Of a stretch of 23,464 nucleotides of DNA, positions 1 to 8,604 are shown piece by piece. The DNA is taken from positions 27,832,988 through 27,856,451 of the forward strand of contig JANKJI020000004.1 of assembly GCA_024626585.2 (NCBI GenBank), given 5' to 3'. The position numbers were made by a program, and so were the translations under genes. Position 1 is the stretch's first letter, and every line of letters begins with the position of its first letter. The notes beneath the pieces were generated by a model. It saw only the letters and a list, made by a program, of their open reading frames with translations, was not told the DNA's origin and made no database searches. The stretch is from Ginkgo biloba (lineage: Eukaryota; Plantae; Ginkgophyta).

Positions 1-115
1 ATAGATTCTAGAGTTGGTTGATCTTTTGTCCAATATTGAGCTATGGTATTGCCCCTTAAAAGTTAGTTTTTTAGGTGGATTTCTTGTGGCCTTTTTGTTG
101 TTGTTTCATCTCTAG

Positions 116-610
116 TGTTAGGAAACTGGACCAAAAGTGAGATTGCAGAGCTATTCCACCCACAAGATAGATCACACCAAGCAATAATTCATCAAGAGCC
201 GGAAAGAAAAAAGNNNNNNNNNNNNNNNNNNNNNNNNNNNNNNNNNNNNNNNNNNNNNNNNACAAGGGGATCATCTAAGAATCAAAATAATGCACATAAT
301 GGTTATCATCCAATGTTGCCAATCCAAAAATATGGGGGGCCCTTAGGTGAAGAGAAACATCGCAAGAGGTGGTGGGTGATCGTTGATGATAGTTGACATA
401 TTAAACCCAAATAATTGCCCCTAATAATAAACACAAGTTATGTGAATAATCCCATCCATAATCCTTTAGATAATCGTCAAGGATGTTTGGGCATCGTTTA
501 GTGGTTTCCCTTTGATGTCCAATTACTCCCACAACATCCTATGTTGGTTAAGATTACTCCCAACTTATACAAAATATTGGAGCTAACCACGACACAAAAG
601 AGCCTTTAAC
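116..610 (-). repeat. 3' LTR of the 116-2006 element (contains a 48-N gap)
   Basis: Shares blocks with 1670-2006, e.g. aagaatcaaaa, cccctaataa, tatgtgaataat, ataatcgtca, ctcccaacttata.aaaat.ttgg, accac.acacaaaa. Confidence 0.75.
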
Positions 611-625
611 CTCTACCCCCTCCCC
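611..625 (-). other. Polypurine tract (PPT)
   Basis: Minus strand GGGGAGGGGGTAGAG immediately upstream of the 3' LTR. Confidence 0.7.
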
Positions 626-659
626 TGAACTTGACCATCCTAGCAAAGCCAAGAATTTA

Positions 660-1519
660 GGAGGAATGGAATTTGTAGGGAAAATCTTAGTAGCTATATA
701 TAGCCATTTCGCTATTTTTTTCCAAAATTTCCAAAAAGGAGATTCACCAATGGGTAAAATTCCTCTATAATATTTGGCAATTTTTTAAAATTTTAATGAA
801 AAATCTTAGCTTGTCTAACCATTCGACTGCTATACCATCCAAAGTTCCTACTACCAACTTGTGGTCATGCATAGCCACTTTTGCCAACTTGCAATTCCAT
901 GCATGTGATCTCAACGTACCGTGTGAAAGTGTTATCTGCATACGAAGGAATGTCATCCAAAGCCTTCTCTCTCTACATTGTGCAACCATGTTGTAAGTAA
1001 ATCGTGCATGGGCCTCCTTCCCTCCTGTGTCTGACATCTAAGTGGGTCCATTATTTGGTTACTTCTCATCTAGATCGACTAGGGTTGTTGTCTAGTGCCC
1101 AACCATCCCAAACTTGACCATCCAAATCAAGTTGCTATCCAAATCAGCTCAGGTTGTCGTCCAATGGATTGTCATCTAGCAACCAATCGTTCGACACCCA
1201 AGTGTTTAGTAGATTATCTTTTGGTACTGAGCATTCGATGGGTGCAACACCTAGTTGCTTTCCCCCTATTCCTTTACGATCTGATGTGCCTTCTAGTAGT
1301 CTTTGATGGATTTTCATTCTTGTTCTGAGTAGATTGCTAGTCTCGCAAAGGCAAATTCTTGGTTCTAGATTTGTTCTAAAAAAGAGGTCTAGAAGAAGGC
1401 CTCTCAGATTGTGAAATCATTGGGAACTGGAATGAATGGTTAATTCTTTCTGGTCTGACCCCTCACGTATCCCATTCTCCTGCTGAGGAGGAGGAGGAGG
1501 ATCCCCTTCCGGATGGCAT
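660..1519 (-). pseudogene. Degenerate retrotransposon gag N-terminal fragment
   Basis: Frameshifted minus-strand peptides ...LDDIPSY...EITC... and KLVVGTLDGIAVEWLDKL...PTNSI resemble the Retrotrans_gag 'L.G.A..W...LP.NSI' motif. Upstream is an S/R-rich frame with multiple stops. Confidence 0.5.
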
Positions 1520-1669
1520 ATCTCCAGAAGACTTAGAAGAAGACCTTAGGGCCCGGCGTGGCATCCCGANNNNNNNNNNNNNNNNNNNNNNNNNNNNNNN
1601 NNNNNNNNNNNNNNNNNNNNNNNNNNNNNNNNNNNNNNNNNNNNNNNNNNNNNNNNNNNNNNNNNNNNN

Positions 1670-2006
1670 GGACAATCCAAGAATCAAAACAATGTGTACA
1701 CTGGTGATCATCAAATGCTGCCAATTTGAAGTAATGACAGGAAACCCTGTACAAGGCTATGGGTAGCCATTGGCGACAACTAGCATACCAAACCCCAATG
1801 ACCACCCCTAATAACAAATTCAAGCTATGTGAATAATTCAATAATCCCATCTATAAATTGTCAAATAATCGTCAGGTAATTATCATATGTCCAAGTGCCA
1901 TCCAATAGTGGCTTGCCAACATCCAACTATGCCTTGTGTTAGCTAAGGTTGCTCCCAACTTATATAAAATGTTGGGGATCACCACAACACAAAATAGTTT
2001 CTAACA
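1670..2006 (-). repeat. 5' LTR of the 116-2006 element (inner end hidden in the 100-N gap)
   Basis: Direct repeat of 262-610, ending in ...CTAACA followed by the TSD. Confidence 0.75.
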
Positions 2007-2011
2007 TCGAG

Positions 2012-2760
2012 GTACTCTTTGAAATGTGGCGTCACTACATCTGAGTCTATGTTTTGTCTCACAATGTTCTCTTCAATTTGTCAATATGCAACTTAATTCT
2101 TGTGTTGTTGGCATTCAACCTCCTTCACCTCCTTAAAGTGTACCTTTTATTTGGTGGGATTGGGTAAGTTTGATTCATCTTTAATAAGAGTGTTAATAAT
2201 TTTTCTGATTCTTGTTTGCAAATTCATGGATTCGACATGTCATGAAACTTCCATCGTTCTTTCCAAGTAGACAATCTTGCTTGTTGTGCCCCAGGTTAGC
2301 ATAAATGAGAGAGTATTGCCTTCTTGTTTCCCTCGTAGGTCTTATATGTTTAGGTTTTGAGTTGGTCGTCTTTAAGTATACATATTATAATTTTTTCCAT
2401 TGTTATGACCTCCCTAACCTCCATCTGGAGCTCCCTAGTGACATTTGTTGAAAGAAAAAAAAATTGTATTGAGTGTTGACTTTGTACATGTTGTGCCATT
2501 GCTTCAATACTTGGGTGGCTTCTTTGATGTGTTTGTTCCAAGCAAACGACACCAAGCATATGGCTTCCTGACATTCGTTAGCTCTTTTCATAATTTGGAT
2601 ACCTCTGCTTTTAAACAATCTATGACTAACTCTTTGTTGTTCTTGAAGACGCAATGCTGGCAGCACATGCCATTGTTATTCAACCTCCAGATTTGGGGTT
2701 GGTGGGATATAACTACTAGTATGGACATGATGGTCATTGGTCAACTAATTCTTATGGGTC
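2012..2760 (-). pseudogene. Older decayed gag remnant with degenerate CCHC zinc knuckle (target into which the 116-2006 element inserted)
   Basis: Minus-strand translation near 2270-2350 reads ETRRQYSLIYANLGHNKQDCLL (GH...DC knuckle spacing). Broken ORFs lie at 2350-2666. Confidence 0.4.
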
Positions 2761-2762
2761 CT

Positions 2763-3143
2763 TGTAAGGGGATTTTGTAATGAAGAATCATACCATGCGT
2801 ATGGCATGTGCTAGAATATTCTAGCATGATGAGACACATCCTTAACTAGAACAACTTGTAATTGTATCATGATTTGATAGTTAAGGATTGATGATAGGAA
2901 TGTTTCCTCTGCTAAGTTTTTGTAAAAAGGCTATTAGCCTATACGTAGAGATTGGAAAGAACCCTGAGGGGGTGAGAGCCGAGTGAAATTTCATGTATTG
3001 ATCACTTTGAATGAATGAAATGTTGCTATTTTTTTGAACTAGTCTATGTGTATGTGATTGATTGATGTGTTTTTTATCTTGATTTATATGTGAATGTTGT
3101 GATTTCTTGAAGGAAGGAGTCTAGAGAGAACTCCAATTTGACA
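2763..3143 (+). mobile_element. Possible LTR (solo or remnant)
   Basis: Begins TGTAA (2763 or 2776), ends TTGACA (3143), with a TG-rich U5-like 3' half. No partner or TSD confirmed. Confidence 0.3.
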
Positions 3144-4302
3144 ACTAGAATGTAAGAAAGATTGGAAGGATCAATTTCAGAGTGAGGTAGATAGATCATC
3201 TATCTATAAATAGATAAAACATTTGGTCACTAGAATGCATAGAAATATGTACTAAATATATTAGTAAGGAAAATATTAATGAATTTAGCTAGAAAATATT
3301 TAAGCATGGTTTTCCAGTTAAACATTGGTTTTGTTGCCAAACTCGAGAAGTTTTGAACAACATCAAGGAAGAAATGTTTTCTAAGGGAAGATAGTCCAAA
3401 TATAAAAAGAGGACCCTTGAGACAACTAGAAAGAGTGCTCAGGCAGTTAGTATTCTGAATCATTAAGCCAAATAGGCCAAGACACAAATCTTAATAAGGG
3501 ATACATAGAGAGAGAGAGAAAACTCTTATGTATTTACCATATGCTCAGGTAGGGCATATATTTTCACCAAAAAAACTAAGAGAAATATGTGTTATGTATC
3601 ATTTTCATATACCATCTCATTTTAGAAAATTTATGGACATCAAGCCATTATAATCCACTAAGTGATGATAGGACATAATACTCTTGTAGTATGGTACTAT
3701 GTGGATCGTCGCATGGTGCTTCATGTATTACCCCAATAATCTAGTGATATAGTCTAAAATAATTTTTTTCTCTAATTATCTAGTCCAAAAGAATGAGAAT
3801 TAATTTGAGTAATTTCTAAGGGTGAGGATAAGGAAGGCCTTTAGAGTTTAGAAAGAGAATATTTTATTATAATTCACCATATGAGTTATTTAAATACATA
3901 AGGAAGAAGATGGATGTGTTAAAAAAATATGTAACTGCACCCTATTTCAAAGGTCAGGGAGGTTGTTAAAATCTCCTCCATTTAGAAGGGAACCCTAGAA
4001 CTTAGATAGAAACTAGCACTACTGGTAGAGCTACCATCCTACCAACATTAGAAGTAGATCAATGATTGCCTAAACTACACCTAAGATAAAAATAACACTA
4101 CCCTACTAGAAATAACACTTCCTTATAAACGATCAAGGAAGCTCAACAAGTTTCTAGATAATGTCAAGGATATCAAATCAACAAATAAGAGTGGTGAAGC
4201 CATCTAGATTCTAGTCTCACTAGATAATAAATAGAGTCTAGAAATGAAAGATATTATAGGTCATTGAATCATGAAAGATACTTATAGTTATAGAATGCAA
4301 TC

Positions 4303-4975
4303 ATGTCAACCTCCATAGGAAGCAATACACCCACACCAATATTGGACATATCCTTGGGCCTCTCTATTTTTTATGGGAGTAGGGATACAAAAAGTCACCT
4401 CTTTACCTACAAAAGCATTTGGGATGATAGAAGCATTACATATACCAATATTAAATGGAGATATTTTGTGACTACTCATCATGAACTAGCCTAGGAATGG
4501 TACCAAAAAATAAACTCTACTTTTCCCTAAACCAATTGGGCCAAGGTGGAAACCTCCTTTAAGGACACCTATGCATATTCAAAATCAAAACATACATCAC
4601 TCATAAAACTGAACAACTTACAAAAAAAATGGAAAGAGTCCATTAAGGATTTTGATGGATGATTCAAGACCCTGGTTGTAAATATTTCATACACCCTACC
4701 AAAGGAGTAGAAGCTTGATTGGTTTATTTCCAATCTCACATATAGTGTTTGCACCCAAGTTAAGAAAATAAATATACAAAACTATTATGAATCCCAACTC
4801 AAAGAAATTTAGATGGAAGCCAAAGTTGACTAGACGAGGATGGTCTCATTGGAAAAAAATAATGAATTATCCTAAATAGTGAAAGAGTTGAAAGATTCCA
4901 TTAAAAAAATGAGTTGTAATTCAGACGTAGAAAAGGATCTTGTATGGTGTAAATCATGAACAACCAAACATATAA
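4303..4975 (+). pseudogene. Ty3/gypsy gag pseudogene
   Basis: LSIFYGSRDTKSHLFTYKSIW...IKWRYFVTT...A*EWY, then after a frameshift NWAKVETSFK...QKKWKESIKDFDG*FKTL...LDWFISNL: the typical Retrotrans_gag pattern (Q...ES..DF..RF..L) with stops. Confidence 0.8.
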
Positions 4976-6514
4976 NNNNNNNNNNNNNNNNNNNNNNNNN
5001 NNNNNNNNNNNNNNNNNNNNNNNNNNNNNNNNNNNNNNNNNNNNNNNNNNNNNNNNNNNNNNNNNNNNNNNNNNNAGCCATATTTATTTTCTTGGTGAGT
5101 TACAAAACCTAAACAAAGGTCCCTAAAGTATTGCCTATCTTTTTTAACTAAGAGGAACCTTAGAACTCCAAAGGGAGGAAAGGAAGTCTAACCCAGATCA
5201 TGATTACTAAAACCTCCTCCATTATGGGGTTAAAACCAAGGGACCGCGATTTCATGAAATACCTGCCTAGTTTAAAAACTAGGGACCCCCTTCGAATACC
5301 TTCTTTTTGTCACTTTCTTGCTTGAAAATCACAATAAAAAAAAACATGATAATCAACAATTTTTATCACAAAGGCCTAACAATGATTATCTCCATCACTT
5401 ATCCAACTCATGAAAAGTTAAACCAACTAATAAATGCATGACACAGATCCAACAACCAACAAAATATGGCTTTACTTCTGGGATAGGACATTACCAAGGC
5501 CTATTGGAGAAGGTAATGCGAGTTGTAGGCATTTTCCAAGGAATCCTTGTTTATTAAGAACATTAATGGTCAAGATTCACATTAATGCAAGTCAAACCAA
5601 CAGTGTCGAGACTTACTTGACAAGATGCAACCAAAAAGGACAACTAATAGCACGCATAAGGTGCAACCTATAGCTTCAAATAAGATACAACCAATTGTCT
5701 ACTAATTTTTTCCCATCTTAGATAGCAAAACTAGGTCACACGCTACTATGAGTTTAAGCATGCATAGACACCTTCACCATGCTCAAAGAATAAAATAATA
5801 AATCATGCATTCATAAGCCTCATAAGAGTTAGTAAGAATACATCAGTATAATGCTCTCACTATTATACCAATTATTCTCTTGGAATGTCACAATAGTAGT
5901 CTAGATGGTTAGGATAATATTCAAACCTTTATTCCCCCTCATTACCCCAAATGGAAGGGTATAAATACAAATGGAGGAGAAGATTTTCCAAATGATGCCA
6001 CCTTCCATCCACAAAAATAATTTCATTTCATTATTACAATTATGTTTCTTAATTCTGATTAGCAGAATAACAAATGAGAGTACAACAACATAATCTTTAT
6101 TGTGGCTGATTATATCCAGGTAGTGATTGTCATACCTAGACTTGCAACCGGCAGTGTGCAATGCTCTGACCGGTTTCCTATCCATCATTAGTTGTGATCG
6201 GCCTTTAATTTCCTATGAGCAACATTTTCAGTGCCCTACGACTGACTGTATACTTTGGTGGGATTGTATAAGCATTATGACTGATTATATTACCTGCAAC
6301 CAATTATATATTTTGTCACAACCATGTATATTCTGTTGCAACTGACCATAAAGGAGATGGCCAAACTACATTCTACTTCTTATACTATAATGTTATTTAC
6401 CAAGCATACAGTGTCCAGCCTAATGCTCAAATCATTCAAATACATTTTGAAAATTTCCCCCTATGGTAGAAGAATCGGTACCTGAAGATTCATACCACTA
6501 AAGCTACGATCAAA

Positions 6515-6526
6515 GCTCTGATACCA
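6515..6526 (-). other. Primer-binding site (tRNA-iMet) of an LTR retrotransposon
   Basis: Minus strand TGGTATCAGAGC, perfect 12/12, preceded by ...ATATCA-AG (LTR-terminal CA at 6529-6530). This implies an LTR remnant to the right of 6529. Confidence 0.8.
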
Positions 6527-6944
6527 CTTGATATGAAACAAATGGGGTTCGTTGTGTGCACACCTTGTCTAAAAGTCAAAAGAGAAAAAATTAAAAGGAT
6601 ATTTGATGATGTAAGGAAGTCTCAAGATATGGTTATATCTTGATTCTTGAGTNNNNNNNCATTATTTTGCACATAAGATATGTGAATTCAAAGATTAAGT
6701 TAGTATCATTTTCTTTTCTCTTTTTTCTTATTTTTTATGCATATAAAAATCTCTCTTCTTCTAAATCATTATTGGCTTTCATAGATTAAGTGGAGGATTT
6801 GGTCCTCAACAATTATCTATATGACCAAAGTCTTTAATCGCATGTGCAAAGAATATTCTCTTCATTGCACTCGTAACTTTTATTTTTCAAGTTTTTACAA
6901 ATTTAAGAAATCCATTACACTAATTCATAAAAATTAAGCACACA

Positions 6945-7088
6945 AGAAAAACCACTACAATAAAAAAACGTCATTGTGCAAACAAAAAAGCCATTGCAAA
7001 GATCAAGAAAGCCACCACATAGGTCAAAAAAGTCATCGCCTAATAANNNNNNNNNNNNNNNNNCACCATAAGGAAAAGCACCACATAT
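6945..7088. repeat. Degenerate ~21-bp minisatellite
   Basis: Successive units such as aaaaaagccattgcaaagatc / aagaaagccaccacataggtc / aaaaaagtcatcgcctaataa, interrupted by a short N gap. Confidence 0.5.
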
Positions 7089-8070
7089 CTATAATTTTTA
7101 TTTGAAAAATATTTTTTTCAATTTTCTCTACATGGACAAATCCAATCTTAAGTATTATGGCTATGCATTATACACATCATCTATTGTACATTCAAATCTA
7201 ATTCCAAATTTCTTTTCTAACTATACTTTGAAAATTTTCTAAATCTTTCACTTACATCTTCTGAGTTGTTATTCAATGACCCATCAATCTGCAATAAATC
7301 AAAATATATTTTCTTTTAATCCTTCTAATAACACTCATTCAAAATAAAAGAGTAAAAAATCAATCAATTTCTTTTTAAAAATGGGATGCCTTGAATCATC
7401 AAAATAACAACAAAGACCTGTTCTCTTTTAGAGGATTGATTTATGATCTCTTCAAGCATATGGTCTAACTTTTTACATTTGAATTCAATGACAATCTTGA
7501 TTCCCAAAACATCCATTATTTATTTTTATTTTATTTTTATTTTTGAATCAATGGCATGTGTGCTTAAAAAAAAACCATACAACCCTCAAATTGTACTTTA
7601 TTTCTAATAGTATAAAATTGCTTGGAAAAATGTGCCTTAGAAAGCCATAATCCTTTTTTCACTTTATCCTCTTCACTTTTAGTAATGTAATCCAAATTTC
7701 ACTCCAACACCTAACCTCTTCACTTTTGATAATTCAAAATCAATTCCCAAGCATTATCTCTTTTATTTTAGCTTATTTTGATTTCAACTTCATTTCCAAA
7801 CAACTAATTAAATTAATAAGAGTATACTTGAATCATATTGTCAAATTTNNNNNNNNNNNNNNNNNNNNNNNNNNNNNNNNNNNNNNNNNNNNNNNNNNNN
7901 NNNNNNNNNNNNNTTCAAGCGACAAATGCCTATGCATTACTTACAAATTATTAGCTTATATTTATTTAATTATAATTTAACTCAATACTAACTACTTTTA
8001 TAATATTTTATTATTAAAATAATGCTAAAAAAAAATCCCAAAATGCTATCATCACATAAACCACTATATA

Positions 8071-8201
8071 TTACTCTTTTCTGCCAAAAAAATCATACAA
8101 CAGTGAAAACGACATACAGCACTGTTGTATCTGTTCACTGGCCATATTGTTAGAGGTGTCGTCAATAGGAATTTCATCTGCTTCCATCCTCTTATTCTTC
8201 T
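8071..8201 (-). CDS. Last identifiable coding exon of the uncharacterised plant protein (EKNKRMEADEIPIDDTSNNMA...)
   Basis: Acceptor ttggctacAG at 8202-8203. The phase-1 join G|AG gives LYE-KNK. The frame is open to TAA at 8071-8073, but the true 3' end is uncertain (alternative donor at 8138). Confidence 0.65.
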
Positions 8202-8293
8202 CTGTAGCCAAGGCAAGAATACAAGATGGTGAAATCCTTTGCACAAAAGCTCAGTTGGACTAAGACTAATAATGAAACAAAGCATTGCATTAC

Positions 8294-8604
8294 CATATAA
8301 AGAGTGCAAGGGATGTTGTGACATATATGTTGAGAAATCCCTTGTATTTTCAACTTTCTTCTTCGGCTTGCGATGTAAGATGCGCTGTCTTTGAGAATCG
8401 CATATAAGAGGAGCAACTCGTGCTGTAGAAGCTTTTGCAAAATGTTGATTGTTCGCCGACTTTTTAGCTCGAATTCCTTCTAGTAAATGGTCATACTTGG
8501 AAGCCTGTGATTGAAGCTCCTTAATCCGTAATTCAAGCCATCGACATCGCCATTCAATGCCACATCTATAAGCTTTCCACTCAAGTGACAACGGATTTTT
8601 CCTC
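8294..8604 (-). CDS. Core exon of uncharacterised plant protein (Arabidopsis AT4G37440/AT3G59670/AT3G50040-like family; KANSL1-like helix)
   Basis: Acceptor tcttgttctctcacAG (8605-8606) and donor G|GTAATG (8293). Translation RKNPLSLEWKAYRCGIEWRCRWLELRIKELQSQASKYD...RKPKKKVENTRDFSTYMSQHPLHSLY matches the recalled family pattern W..F..P..WRC.W.EL..KELQSQA.KYD...YMS.H.LFSYYE. Confidence 0.9.

Larger units (their letters stand above)
116..2006 (-). mobile_element. Short, internally deleted (non-autonomous) Ty3/gypsy-type LTR retrotransposon with two diverged LTRs
   Basis: Termini TGTTAGGAAAC (116) and GTTTCTAACA (2006) are inverted. Flanking 5-mers TCTAG (111-115) and TCGAG (2007-2011) form a 4/5 TSD. 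262-610 and 1670-2006 are diverged direct repeats. A polypurine tract on the minus strand abuts the left repeat, and gag-like remnants lie inside. Confidence 0.8.

Noticed and set aside
6945-7088. Short spaced repeats as a CRISPR-like array
   Set aside because: Degenerate contiguous units without spacers, eukaryotic context and no cas genes.
7200-7730. Possible hAT/BED transposase relic on the minus strand (SEIW/DYITK..., intron-like ttattgcAG)
   Set aside because: No Cys/His ligands, second TIR or 8-bp TSD found; too weak to call.
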